56,672 nt of DNA, taken from IMG/VR virus record IMGVR_UViG_3300027747_000649, positions 1-56,672 of that record. One strand, given 5' to 3'. This document shows positions 44,397 to 54,236 of this stretch, in pieces. The translations under genes and the position numbers were made by a program. The notes beneath the pieces are model-generated. The model was given only the letters and a program-made list of their open reading frames with translations. It was not told where the DNA came from and did no database searches. Within the stretch, counting starts at the first letter, position 1. Each line of letters starts with the position of its first letter. This DNA comes from a virus. Taxonomy: Duplodnaviria; Caudoviricetes.

Positions 44397-47048
44397 TTAA
44401 AAATTCGCAGCATCCAAACGTGTCTTGAGTGACTTGATAATTGCGTCTTGGGTTTGCAACTTTTTAAGCAAAATAACAGTCAAACGTTCGTATTGAAAAC
44501 CCTCAACCTCGCCATCATTGCCGCGAGTAATAAGTTCTTCAAAGCCAGCCTCTGCCGCTTCGTCAGCAATTAAGCCTAAATGATCTTTGGTTTGGTCGTC
44601 ATTTTCGCATTTAGACTTGTAGCGAACTGGGCGCAAAAGGTTGATGTCCATTTCTTCAAGATCACGTACATCTTGTTTATATTTTAAGGCGGAAGTTGAA
44701 CGCTGGAAAGCGCCATCGCTGCGTACGTTAATGTTTGATGCCGTTGCTGTTGTTGAATTATATGTACCAACCGAATAAATTGTAGAAGTTGTAGCCGTAA
44801 ACCAAGTGTTCCCTAGATTGTCTACATAAATCCGTGGAACTCCGTCCCCATCGGACAACACGATGTAGTTGCTTGCGGTGCGAATATCAAGGCCGCCTTG
44901 GTTGCCGGAGTAAGTTCCAAGAATGGTGTTTGCGCTACCTGTGGTCACAAGATTGCCAGCACCGTTCAAAAATCCAGCTTTGCCTGAGCCAACAAATGTG
45001 TTGCTTGAGCCGCTTGTCAATGAGAGTCCAGCACCCCAACCAATCGCAACGTTGGTGCTTCCAGTGACTGGGCCGACAGCCATTGCGGTGCTGCCAATTG
45101 CAATGTTTGTATTGCCCGAACTAATGCCACCACCAGCGGCGGCTCCCAACGCCGTATTGCCACTGCCAGTTGCCGAGTACAAGGAGGCATTGTAAAAACC
45201 CGGAACACTTGAACCAACGCCGATGTTTTGCGCCCCAGTTGCGCTATAGCCCGCTTGGTAACCAATGTAAACACTGTTTCCAGAGGTTGTATTACTGTAC
45301 CCCGCCAACATACCTACCGCAGTATTAAAGTCTCCGGTTGTGTTGCTGCTTAACGCAGAATCACCAAATGCAGAATTTCTTGATCCTGTAGTGTTGCTTT
45401 GCAATGCACCAGCACCACTGGCTGTGTTGTAGCCCCCAGTAGTATTAACCCTAAGAGCATTAACGCCCAATGCTGTTAACTCCGTACCAGTGGTATTGCT
45501 ATACCCCGCCTGATAACCAACAGCAGTGTTGTTGGAGGCTGTGGTATTTTGGATTAAAGCACCCGCGCCAATTGCGGTATTGTTAGTGCCGGTAGTGTTG
45601 GCGTACAGAGCGCCGTTAAATACTCCGCTAGATGCTTGACCAATTGCGGTGTTGCCCGTGCCGGTTGTGTTTGATCCAAGCGCAGACCATCCAATCGCAA
45701 CGTTAACCGATCCAGTGGTGTTGGACAATAACGCTTGATAGCCCACCGCAGTTCCAGTACCAGTCGTATTGCTGTACATGCACTGATAGCCGACAGCAGT
45801 GTTGTTAGATGCCGTGGTGTTGGAAGTAAGGGCGCTTTCACCGATTGCTGTGTTAAATGCGCCAGTTGTATTGTAATACATAACGGCATAACCGACTGCC
45901 GTGTTGCTACTTGCTGTTGTGTTTGCTTGCAGGGTACGAGCGCCAATCCCCGTGTTATAGCTGCCAGTTGTGTTGGCCCCTAAAGTTCCATTAGCACCAC
46001 CCGCAAGAGCAGCACCAACGGCAAGATTAAAAGTTCCTGTTGTGTTGGCATACAAACTGGCAGTACCAACAGCCGTGTTGTTGGAGGCAGTGTTGCTATA
46101 CAAAGCACTTGCACCAAAAGCCGTTACGCCAATACCAGTGGTATTTGATATCAATGCACTTGCACCCACCGCAGTGTTTGTTACCACAGCGCCCCCGCCA
46201 CGGCCTACGGTAACGCCGTAAATTAAAGCATCACCGTTTACATCAAGTTTTTGGGCTGGTGAATTTGTACCAATACCTACGTTGCCGCCGGAAAGAATTG
46301 TCATCCGACCTGTTGCCGCACTGTACGCATCGTTAACGGTTTCAATCGACAAGTCACCGCTAGTTACATTACCAATACGCCATGTTTTTAAATTGGTTCC
46401 AGCATTACCGTTGTACAGTTGCAGATACGGCACGGTTCCAGATCCAGAAGCTGTTTTTGCGGCAATACCGCCGTTTGCAGTCAACGTGGCGTTTGCGAGT
46501 GAGCCTTGCCCGCCAACCGACAAAGTTGTACCGTCAAAAACCAAGTTGGCAGAATCAGTCTCCAGACCGCCTGTAGTGCTATACACTACACGGCCCGATG
46601 TTAAGCCAGCATTGGTGATTGAAGTAAACAAACCAGCGCCAGATGTGTTGCTGATCTTGATGAAATCAGAACCGTTCCAAGCGCAGACGGCAGCCTCACC
46701 CTTTGCAATGGTTACACCCGTGGTCGGGCCTGAAGCTCGAAGCACAATAGATTGAGTGCCTGAGCTTGCATTGATGACCGTGTAAATCTTTGACTGCGCC
46801 GGGGCCGTGATGTACCGGGTGGCCGTTCCGCCTGCAGACCATAGCAGAATAGCTTCCCGCGACGTATTGGCTGTGCCAGAAGTTGTGGTTAGCGTGACAT
46901 CAGCATCAGAGCTCAGCGTAGTTGTCCCTGCAATAGCGGAGTCCAAGAGCGAAGTGATGGAGTTGTTTACCACATCCCCCCAAGCGCCATTAAGTTCCCC
47001 TGTAACTGGCAGTGCCAATCCCAAGAGCGATGTATATGCTGTAGTCAT
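44397..47048 (-). CDS. Tail fibre with NTAVG beta-roll repeats and C-terminal S74-type intramolecular chaperone
   Basis: 883 aa; ~14-aa NTA[VI]G..AL..NTT repeats; TSALKYKQDV...LRPVRY...HLGLIADE. Confidence 0.85.
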   Translation of the reverse strand: MTTAYTSLLGLALPVTGELNGAWGDVVNNSITSLLDSAIAGTTTLSSDADVTLTTTSGTANTSREAILLWSAGGTATRYITAPAQSKIYTVINASSGTQSIVLRASGPTTGVTIAKGEAAVCAWNGSDFIKISNTSGAGLFTSITNAGLTSGRVVYSTTGGLETDSANLVFDGTTLSVGGQGSLANATLTANGGIAAKTASGSGTVPYLQLYNGNAGTNLKTWRIGNVTSGDLSIETVNDAYSAATGRMTILSGGNVGIGTNSPAQKLDVNGDALIYGVTVGRGGGAVVTNTAVGASALISNTTGIGVTAFGASALYSNTASNNTAVGTASLYANTTGTFNLAVGAALAGGANGTLGANTTGSYNTGIGARTLQANTTASSNTAVGYAVMYYNTTGAFNTAIGESALTSNTTASNNTAVGYQCMYSNTTGTGTAVGYQALLSNTTGSVNVAIGWSALGSNTTGTGNTAIGQASSGVFNGALYANTTGTNNTAIGAGALIQNTTASNNTAVGYQAGYSNTTGTELTALGVNALRVNTTGGYNTASGAGALQSNTTGSRNSAFGDSALSSNTTGDFNTAVGMLAGYSNTTSGNSVYIGYQAGYSATGAQNIGVGSSVPGFYNASLYSATGSGNTALGAAAGGGISSGNTNIAIGSTAMAVGPVTGSTNVAIGWGAGLSLTSGSSNTFVGSGKAGFLNGAGNLVTTGSANTILGTYSGNQGGLDIRTASNYIVLSDGDGVPRIYVDNLGNTWFTATTSTIYSVGTYNSTTATASNINVRSDGAFQRSTSALKYKQDVRDLEEMDINLLRPVRYKSKCENDDQTKDHLGLIADEAAEAGFEELITRGNDGEVEGFQYERLTVILLKKLQTQDAIIKSLKTRLDAANF

Positions 47049-47097
47049 GTTTAAACCTCAAATAGGCATTTGCCAAATTGTTGCTGATGTTACCCAG

Positions 47098-47424
47098 TTA
47101 TGCGGCCCAAGGCAACGGTGGCTGGACGACCGGAGGGTTAATCTGGTTTTGAATTTGGTTGTTCACCAGTGTTTCAGTTGCTGTTTTGTCAATACCGTTG
47201 TTCCAGCACCAGCCAAGCACTTGGTCTTGGGTCAGTTGAGCATACGGTGTAAACGAACCACCTTCTGCGGGTTGAGGGAATGAGCAAGTGCCATAAGCAG
47301 TCCCGCTAAATGTTTCATCTGTGCCATTACAGCGCCAGCCAGCAGTCAGAACAACTTCAGTGAAGCCGTTGATTTCAGTAGTAGATGCGTTCATCCATTC
47401 AATGATCCAAGTGATAGTAGTCAT
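47098..47424 (-). CDS. Tail-fibre-associated small protein
   Basis: FTPYAQLTQDQVLGW...LPW; between the fibre genes. Confidence 0.7.
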   Translation of the reverse strand: MTTITWIIEWMNASTTEINGFTEVVLTAGWRCNGTDETFSGTAYGTCSFPQPAEGGSFTPYAQLTQDQVLGWCWNNGIDKTATETLVNNQIQNQINPPVVQPPLPWAA

Positions 47425-47437
47425 GATTTTCCTTTAT

Positions 47438-49156
47438 TTAAAAAATTCGCGTTGCATTTGCAGTATAATTTACAGGCCCACCAAGAGCATTTGTAATTTG
47501 TACTGATGTGCCACTCATGGTTATAGTAAATCCCGCATTGTCAATAGACAAAATTGTTGCCGCTGCAGGATTTCCACCAGAAACATATCTTACAAGGGCA
47601 GTAACGCTAAGACCGCTTGCATTTCCTGTTTGAGCAGTTACTAAATATGCTGAGTCTGCGGTGATGGTAAACAATGTCGCAGAAGCAGCATTAGCTACAC
47701 CGCCAGATACAGCAATTGTTCTAAAAGTCCCTGCAACAACTATTCCTCCAGCAAATGGGGCAGTAGGTGCGGAGGCTGTGGTCCCCACCAGCAAATTCCC
47801 GCTGGAGTCTATACGGGCGCGTTCTGTAAGCGTATTTTCGCCCGTGCTGAATATTAAGTTTCCATAGAATGGGCCTCCTGAATCAACAACACTGTGAATT
47901 TGTGCTCTAACAGTTGTGTTACTGTAAAACTTCAAATATCCGCAAGTGTTGCCTGCAGAACCGTTGCTGTTCCACAAAGTTAAAACAGGGCCGCCAGTAG
48001 TTGCGCTGGCTTGTTGGACAGTAAGGTTGCCGTTAGTCGTTGTACTCGTCCCAATACCTACGTTACCGGAGGAATCGATACGCATGCGTTCGGTGGGAAA
48101 TGTGGACGCCGTAATTGATGTTGTCAGGAATCTAAAAATGCTCCCGCCTGCCGCGCCATTTGGAGCGCCCCCTGCATACAAATCTGATACGCGAGTTCCA
48201 TCAGTTATGGAATAGGTTGAAAAACCAGAAATGTCGTTATTGTTATATGTTTTTAACGCTCCAGAATTACCAACGCCCAAACCAAAAGAAAGTTGGCCGT
48301 TTGGCGAACTCGTCCCAATACCTACGTTACCGGAAGATTGAATACGCATTGCTTCTAAACCATTTGGGCCAGAAGCATCATAAACATTAAACGCTAAATC
48401 ACTTAAAAATGAAGTAGCATTGGTCATTACTGACCTAATTTTTCCCGAATAATATGTAGTACCAAACTGAGAAGCATTCCTAAAAGCTAAAACAGCTTCA
48501 TTTCCTATTGTAGCTATTGCCCCATTTGCTGCTGAAATAACGCCTCCAACACCCCCTGCTGTAGAAGTTGAAACTGATAATTTATCAAGAGGCGAACTCG
48601 TTCCAATACCTACGTTCTGGCTTGCGTCTATGTAAACAGCGTTTACCCCTGCCGTAGAAATGCCAATTGAATTGGTGGCAGGCAAGTACATACCGTTGCC
48701 CGTTACGCTAGTTCCTGTGGGAATAAGTTTTGTAGCCGTTGCCGTTCCGGTGGTGGCAAAGTTCGTGCCGTCAAAGGTCAAACCAGCAGAGTCAGTCAGC
48801 AGGCCGTTGGTTGTGGCATAAGTTACGCGACCCGATGACAGGGCTGCATTGGTGTTGGCGGACTTCTCTGCGGGGTATGTAACAAACACCGTTACCGTGC
48901 CACTGAACGTGACCGCGCTGCCAGAGTTGCTGGACGCTAAAATGGTAGTGCGGGTCAGTGTTGGGCCGGTTGTAGAGTACGTGCCAATCCCCACCTCCCA
49001 GCTCCCCGAGACATCTGTGGCCGAGTAATATGTTGTGTTGCCGTTACCGATGACGGCAAAGGATTGATAGCCTGTAACGCTGCCAGACAGTGTAAAACTG
49101 ACCGTCGTGTTGGCGGTTCCGGTTTGCAGTGTGCGGTCTGATAAAACTAAAGCCAT
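47438..49156 (-). CDS. Second tail fibre with GNVGIGT repeats
   Basis: 572 aa; MALVLSDR...WEVGIGTY anchor; repeated ERMRIDSSGNVGIGT-like units. Confidence 0.8.
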   Translation of the reverse strand: MALVLSDRTLQTGTANTTVSFTLSGSVTGYQSFAVIGNGNTTYYSATDVSGSWEVGIGTYSTTGPTLTRTTILASSNSGSAVTFSGTVTVFVTYPAEKSANTNAALSSGRVTYATTNGLLTDSAGLTFDGTNFATTGTATATKLIPTGTSVTGNGMYLPATNSIGISTAGVNAVYIDASQNVGIGTSSPLDKLSVSTSTAGGVGGVISAANGAIATIGNEAVLAFRNASQFGTTYYSGKIRSVMTNATSFLSDLAFNVYDASGPNGLEAMRIQSSGNVGIGTSSPNGQLSFGLGVGNSGALKTYNNNDISGFSTYSITDGTRVSDLYAGGAPNGAAGGSIFRFLTTSITASTFPTERMRIDSSGNVGIGTSTTTNGNLTVQQASATTGGPVLTLWNSNGSAGNTCGYLKFYSNTTVRAQIHSVVDSGGPFYGNLIFSTGENTLTERARIDSSGNLLVGTTASAPTAPFAGGIVVAGTFRTIAVSGGVANAASATLFTITADSAYLVTAQTGNASGLSVTALVRYVSGGNPAAATILSIDNAGFTITMSGTSVQITNALGGPVNYTANATRIF

Positions 49157-49165
49157 GATGTACCT

Positions 49166-49822
49166 TTATGAGTCATGCAAATCAATGAGCGCCCAACTTG
49201 CATCATCTGCAGTGTCTATTGATTGCCATCCTGCGGATTCTGGATTGTTGATAATTTGCCAATTTGCATCTTCAAAATCATTAATCAGGCTCCAGTAAAA
49301 TATTCCAAACGAACCCAAGCTGCCATTTGCTTGTACTCCAATTATCGCCCTAGACAGGGCTGGTGACAAGGTTCCTAAGAGCCCTGATGCAGAAGATCCT
49401 GTCAGGTCTGCTTGTTTGCCTTGAAAAACTGTCCCGGCAGCACCAGAGGCCGTTGCGCTTGTGAGTGCAACAGACACCACGGGGCCAACTGTGCCGACAA
49501 AACCATTTGCCGCATCTCCTGTTTGGCCTTCGCTTTTTGAGAACTGGACCGTGCCCAGCAAGCCTGCTGCAACAACTCCTGTAAGAGCAACGGATTTACT
49601 CTGCGTTACAGAGCCAACGGAGCCTGTGGCTTGAACCCCTGTAAGGATTGTGCCTTGAGTAACTGTGCCAGTTGAGCCTGTAGCCGAAACACCTGTCAGT
49701 GCAATCGTAATGCTAGGCGAGACCGTGCCTACCGAACCGGATGCGGCATTTCCTGTAACAGGAACAATTACCGATCCAAGCGCAGCAAACGGGACATCTG
49801 CAAATGGGGCTAATCCGAACAT
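49166..49822 (-). CDS. Structural protein with TG-rich repeats
   Basis: 218 aa; MFGLAPFA start, LTGVxAxG repeats, C-terminal W-x-x-I repeats. Confidence 0.65.
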   Translation of the reverse strand: MFGLAPFADVPFAALGSVIVPVTGNAASGSVGTVSPSITIALTGVSATGSTGTVTQGTILTGVQATGSVGSVTQSKSVALTGVVAAGLLGTVQFSKSEGQTGDAANGFVGTVGPVVSVALTSATASGAAGTVFQGKQADLTGSSASGLLGTLSPALSRAIIGVQANGSLGSFGIFYWSLINDFEDANWQIINNPESAGWQSIDTADDASWALIDLHDS

Positions 49823-49848
49823 GGCCCTCCCCAGACCTGAAAGTTAGG

Positions 49849-50325
49849 TCAAGTTGTAGCGAGGCGCAACAGTGCAGTGGTTGTTGTGTTGCTTGGCATG
49901 GTTAGTGTAAACGTACCAGCAGTGATGGTTTGCGAACCAAATGTGTGGACAGACACAGCCTTGTTGGACTGAGTGCTGTTATAAATCAACACAGTATCAA
50001 ATGCAGTGCTCAACGTTACAGTGGAGTACACCAAACTTCCCGATGGTGTCCAGTACCCCACACCTGCCGTGGCCGACGAGTTAGTCGAGGCTGGAGCTGT
50101 TGCGTTGGTCACCGATACACCGCCAGCAGTGTATCCTGTGCCAGTCACTTCACCGGTTGCTGAGTACGCTGTAGTTGATGCATTCAACGTTGCTGAAGCC
50201 AAATACAAAGCGCCCTTGAATGTATCGGCAGTAGAGGCCGCACGAATTGGAGATGCACCAAAGTTATGGGTGGCAGTCATCAATTCGCCCAAAAACGAAG
50301 TACACATGGATTGGGTATTACTCAC
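49849..50325 (-). CDS. Virion structural protein
   Basis: 158 aa; DTFKGALY...GYTAGG...LIYN; similar to 50951-51370. Confidence 0.7.
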   Translation of the reverse strand: MSNTQSMCTSFLGELMTATHNFGASPIRAASTADTFKGALYLASATLNASTTAYSATGEVTGTGYTAGGVSVTNATAPASTNSSATAGVGYWTPSGSLVYSTVTLSTAFDTVLIYNSTQSNKAVSVHTFGSQTITAGTFTLTMPSNTTTTALLRLATT

Positions 50326-50755
50326 TTGAATACTCCTTTAAATAAGAAATTGCCTTTGAAAGAAACTTTGGGTTGTCCAAAAACAAACCCAGCCCGGTGT
50401 TACATCTCATACAAAGCAGACCACGAACATCGCTGGTGGTATGGCAATGGTCAATAAAAAACATTTTAGTCCTACCGCCCGGTGTTTTGGTCGCACAAAT
50501 TGCACATTTACCATTTTGTTGAGCCAGCAGAGCATCATATTGTTCGGGCGTAATACCATACGTCATCTTCAACTTGCTTCGACGCTCAATTTCCAAAACT
50601 TTTTCTTTGTTGCTGGCCCTATACGCTTTGTTGTAAGCCACACGACATTTGGTGCATTGTGAAACAGGTTTCCCGGGCCGATGTGTTTTACGCACAGGAA
50701 ACTCCGACAAGGATTTTTCTTCCTTGCAAACGGTGCATGTATGCGTAATTTTCAC
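50318..50755 (-). CDS. Endonuclease VII-family (HNH) putative homing endonuclease
   Basis: CTVCKEEK zinc finger, YGIT...QNGKCAIC, IDHCHTT..VRGLLCMRCN. Confidence 0.88.
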   Translation of the reverse strand: MKITHTCTVCKEEKSLSEFPVRKTHRPGKPVSQCTKCRVAYNKAYRASNKEKVLEIERRSKLKMTYGITPEQYDALLAQQNGKCAICATKTPGGRTKMFFIDHCHTTSDVRGLLCMRCNTGLGLFLDNPKFLSKAISYLKEYSSE

Positions 50756-50762
50756 AAATGCC

Positions 50763-50954
50763 TTAAAAAGAAGCAGCTTCAGCGCCTATAAATACAGGCG
50801 CTTTTTTTAGAGTGACATGCGCGGATCGGTGAACAAGTTCTTCGCCCAGCCAATATTCCACCCATGTGGTGTATTCATCGTCATTATCCACAACACCTTC
50901 TTGCTTCACAAGAAGAGAATCGTCCATGTCGCCTTTGGTGGTGGTAACAATCAA
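50763..50954 (-). CDS. Small hypothetical protein
   Basis: 63 aa, TTKGDMD...EYWLGEELVHRSAHV. Confidence 0.7.
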   Translation of the reverse strand: MIVTTTKGDMDDSLLVKQEGVVDNDDEYTTWVEYWLGEELVHRSAHVTLKKAPVFIGAEAASF

Positions 50955-51370
50955 TTTGAACTCCTGATAAGCGCAGACGTTGATGTGTTGGCTGGCATGG
51001 TAATAAGAAACGTAGTTTTTGAAGATTTGTCAGAACCAAAATCTAAAACCGCCACCGATTTGTTGCCCTTGCTTGCGTTGTACATTAAAGCGCAGCGAGC
51101 AGTGATCGCGCCCGTCCAGCTTACGTTGCTCCAGTTAGCGTAGGCTGTGTAGCCATCGCTGCTGATCGCTACGCCGGTCATAATTTGACCGCCTGCTGTA
51201 TAGCCAGACGCTACAACTTCATTCGCACTAGAGTAAACGGTCGTAGCTTCGTTTAAATCTGCGGCAGCGGTATACAAGGCAATCTTGATTGTGTCGGTAG
51301 ACAGGTCGTGAATACCCTGATACAGCTCTTTTTTGAAGCTGGTGGTTTGAGTTTGCAGGATGGAACTCAT
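50951..51370 (-). CDS. Virion structural protein
   Basis: 139 aa; SFKKEL...DTIKIALY...GYTAGG...VLDFGSDK. Confidence 0.75.
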   Translation of the reverse strand: MSSILQTQTTSFKKELYQGIHDLSTDTIKIALYTAAADLNEATTVYSSANEVVASGYTAGGQIMTGVAISSDGYTAYANWSNVSWTGAITARCALMYNASKGNKSVAVLDFGSDKSSKTTFLITMPANTSTSALIRSSN

Positions 51371-52029
51371 GACACTTGAACCCTAACTTGTCCGTCTCGG
51401 TAAGCATCACCGCGTTGTTTGCCATCACCCAAGTTCTTAAGCAATGCAATTGCTTGGACGTAACGATCTGAGTAAAGCTGAACCATGTCCGGCTCACCCT
51501 TGATATAAGTGATTGCCTCGCACATAGTACCGTACAGCAATGCTGAATCAAAGTTATCGCCCAACCATGTTGTGTTAGAAGTTACAATTGATTCAGGATA
51601 ATAGTAATAGTGCAGCTCAGCCCCGTAAGAGGCGTCTGGTGTAGGGCCAACAATGAAAGACAATTCATTGGTGATGGTACTTCCAGAAACTGTTGGGCCA
51701 AAAATAGCGTAATGCTTTGGCTTACCTGTGGTCGCTGGGTTGGGATAAGCTTCACGCATGAAGTTTACGTCTTTGTTCAACAGGAACAAATACTCGCCGC
51801 CAGCAGCCGGATAAATAGCCAACGAATACGTAGACATAAAATCGTCAGGGCACGACAAATACTTGTTGCCACTGCTCAACACGCCCGTCACATTTTTCCG
51901 CAAATTAGAAAGCTGAACGGTGTTGTATATACGCTGTTCAGCTTGCTTAATGAACGTGTTCATGTCTACCGTGGGAAACGTGTTCTCACAGTAATCACTC
52001 ACCAAGGTGACAAGTTCGGTGTATGTCAT
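51367..52029 (-). CDS. Head-tail adaptor/tail tubular-like protein
   Basis: MTYTEL...FIKQAEQRI...GPTPD...ALLYG pattern. Confidence 0.7.
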   Translation of the reverse strand: MTYTELVTLVSDYCENTFPTVDMNTFIKQAEQRIYNTVQLSNLRKNVTGVLSSGNKYLSCPDDFMSTYSLAIYPAAGGEYLFLLNKDVNFMREAYPNPATTGKPKHYAIFGPTVSGSTITNELSFIVGPTPDASYGAELHYYYYPESIVTSNTTWLGDNFDSALLYGTMCEAITYIKGEPDMVQLYSDRYVQAIALLKNLGDGKQRGDAYRDGQVRVQVS

Positions 52030-52292
52030 GCCATCGGGCCTCGGGCCATCAAGCCTTTAGTTGCTGCGCCAGTACCACGGATTTTAATGCCGCTGGTTTT
52101 GATAGGCTCGTCGCCTGCCGACTTGCTTTCAGCGCCAATACTAACGTCCAACGTATCAAGCTTGCTACGGTTTGGGCCTTTGCCGGGATTTGTTTCCATT
52201 GTGACGGCTTTGCCGTTCATGGTGTGCGGCTTAGCATAAACGCTGGCATCGCCAACTTCCTTGCCCATCATTTTTTTGCTAAATGTAGCCAT
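52026..52292 (-). CDS. Small basic protein
   Basis: 88 aa, RGTGAATKG motif. Confidence 0.7.
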   Translation of the reverse strand: MATFSKKMMGKEVGDASVYAKPHTMNGKAVTMETNPGKGPNRSKLDTLDVSIGAESKSAGDEPIKTSGIKIRGTGAATKGLMARGPMA

Positions 52293-52294
52293 GA

Positions 52295-52483
52295 TTAGCC
52301 TCGCTTTTGATTGTTAGCACGAGCCATGTTGCGACCTACTGCACGCATAGCCTCGCCCGTTACACCTTTGGCTTTTCCCTTACCGCCCATCATTTCTTTT
52401 TGCATGGGGCCACTGTTGCCCAAATTCTTGCCATCAGTTTTGCCTTTTTTGGCAATACCATCTGCTGCGCGTTTAAATGTCAT
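52295..52483 (-). CDS. Small basic protein
   Basis: 62 aa, ADGIAKKGKT motif; AGGAG RBS. Confidence 0.7.
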   Translation of the reverse strand: MTFKRAADGIAKKGKTDGKNLGNSGPMQKEMMGGKGKAKGVTGEAMRAVGRNMARANNQKRG

Positions 52484-52492
52484 GATTGACTC

Positions 52493-52882
52493 CTATGAAA
52501 CTGTAACCGTTACTGTACCAACAAATGTCGTTTCCACCAAATAGTTTGGTGTAAGAGACGCATCAAAACCGCTAGAACCGCCAACTGGCCGCCAGCCCCA
52601 TTGGATATCTCTTGAGCCGCCAGACAAGTTGCCAGATGCATTTACCCCTGAAGTCACATACGTTGTGTCCCTGCGTGGGTTGCGCAACGCCTGCGGGTCA
52701 TCTACTGGGAATGTACCCAGCATCAACTGCGGCTGATCAGGATCCCAGCATTCAGGACAAACCAACAATTGATATTTGCGCTGCTTAATTACTTCCTCTT
52801 TGAGCTTTTTCAGTTTGAATTGGCCGCCGCATCTGTCACATTCGGCAATTGCAATTCGACCGGAAGCAAAACGATTACCCAT
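52493..52882 (-). CDS. Zn-ribbon structural-module protein
   Basis: CDRCG...CPECWDPDQPQ...DPQALRNPR. Confidence 0.75.
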   Translation of the reverse strand: MGNRFASGRIAIAECDRCGGQFKLKKLKEEVIKQRKYQLLVCPECWDPDQPQLMLGTFPVDDPQALRNPRRDTTYVTSGVNASGNLSGGSRDIQWGWRPVGGSSGFDASLTPNYLVETTFVGTVTVTVS

Positions 52883-53814
52883 TAGTAACCACCACCGCTA
52901 ATGAACATTTGCCGGGGGACGAAACGAATAGCCGCCTTCTCTCTGTCTTCGCCGGCAGCTATCTCAAATGTTTCATCGTAAATCTGTTTGAGCATTTGGA
53001 TGCGAGGCATCAGCTCAGGGGTCTTGACTGCAATGTGATATGCCAAACCAGCAACAACACATGGTAAAAACCTAAAGTTCATGTCTGCTGTCTCAGCACC
53101 TGCGCCGGCATCTTGCACTCTGCGCAGTCTCCAGTAAACAAATTGGTAAGGTGTACTGTTGTCGGGCGTCGGCCATACTGTTACGGCTGGAAGCTGCGGG
53201 ACAAAGACGGCCGTAGCTGCTGTGTGCGTAGCTGCAGTTGTATTGTTTTGACCACGGAACACGCCTCCAATGACGTTGCCCGTGATGTAGGTATAGTAAA
53301 TGTCTTCAGTGTCCAGACGGATAAAACCTGATCCAGCTAACCCAACCACCGAGTTAAGCGTGATCGTGGTGTCCGTGGCGCTGATTGTTGAGGATAAAAC
53401 AGAACTTGTAGGATTGACTTCGCCAGATAACCGCTGAACCCATACTTGAATCGGTCTTGCCTGTTGTAACTTGTTTGGGATGGTTGCATAGGTAGAAACA
53501 CTAATACGTGTGATTGTTAAGTCAGCTTGTGTAGAAGCGGTGTTAGACCCTGTACGGATTACATGTTCCAGCAAATCAATGGTGTTGGTTGGTAGCGCAT
53601 ACGTAGCCAAGCCGGGCGTGAGGTTGATGAAGCCTTGCTCCATCGTCCACATGTTGATACCCTTGTTCTGCCATTCGATGGTCATCAAGTTCATCGAACG
53701 ACGGGCAGTTCGCAGGTCATAACCTGAACGCATCTCCCGGCCCGCACGCTCCCATGCCTCTTCCGCAATCTCGGTGAAGTCCATGTTAAAGAGGGTTGAG
53801 CCGGTAGTGGTCAT
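52882..53814 (-). CDS. Head-tail connector-like protein
   Basis: 310 aa; EIAEEAWER...ARRSMNL...VWPTPD...GLAYHIA. Confidence 0.7.
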   Translation of the reverse strand: MTTTGSTLFNMDFTEIAEEAWERAGREMRSGYDLRTARRSMNLMTIEWQNKGINMWTMEQGFINLTPGLATYALPTNTIDLLEHVIRTGSNTASTQADLTITRISVSTYATIPNKLQQARPIQVWVQRLSGEVNPTSSVLSSTISATDTTITLNSVVGLAGSGFIRLDTEDIYYTYITGNVIGGVFRGQNNTTAATHTAATAVFVPQLPAVTVWPTPDNSTPYQFVYWRLRRVQDAGAGAETADMNFRFLPCVVAGLAYHIAVKTPELMPRIQMLKQIYDETFEIAAGEDREKAAIRFVPRQMFISGGGY

Positions 53815-53984
53815 TTCATGCCTTTGAGGGTTTCAGCAAAACGTGCGCGTTGACCCATTTTGCCGGGCTTTTTTGCTGCTGCAGCAAGCTTCTTGGTGGG
53901 GATTGTTTTACCCGCAGGAACGCCCAACTCTTTCTTCAAAGCGCCGGGCTTTTTGATTGCCTTTTGAATCCATTTTTCAGCCAT
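53811..53984 (-). CDS. Small Lys-rich protein (57 aa, not in ORF track)
   Basis: MAEKWIQKAIKKPGALKKELGVPAGKTIPTKKLAAAAKKPGKMGQRARFAETLKGMK; ATGA-coupled. Confidence 0.75.
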   Translation of the reverse strand: MAEKWIQKAIKKPGALKKELGVPAGKTIPTKKLAAAAKKPGKMGQRARFAETLKGMK

Positions 53985-53986
53985 GA

Positions 53987-54235
53987 TTACACCTTTGCAG
54001 TTTTGGCAGATTGCACAAATGCGTCGGCAGTAGGTGCGCCTTTGGCCCCGGGCTTGCGCATTTTTTCACCAGAACCAGCGGCTATGCGTTTCTTTTTAGC
54101 ATTGATATTGGCATACAAACCAACAGCTCCACCTTCAGCATACTGAGTGAAATCAGTGTTATCCCGTCTGGCTTTTTTTGAGCCTTTGGGCATCTTAGAG
54201 GGGGAGATGTCTCCCATGCCGCGACTGGCTAACAT
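53987..54235 (-). CDS. Small basic protein
   Basis: Start re-placed at MLASRGMG; YAEGG and GLYANINAKKKR motifs. Confidence 0.7.
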   Translation of the reverse strand: MLASRGMGDISPSKMPKGSKKARRDNTDFTQYAEGGAVGLYANINAKKKRIAAGSGEKMRKPGAKGAPTADAFVQSAKTAKV

Positions 54236-54236
54236 A

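Noticed and set aside
44397-49156. Diversity-generating retroelement or invertase shufflon for the tail fibres
   Set aside because: No reverse transcriptase or invertase gene, and no adenine-specific TR/VR pair seen.
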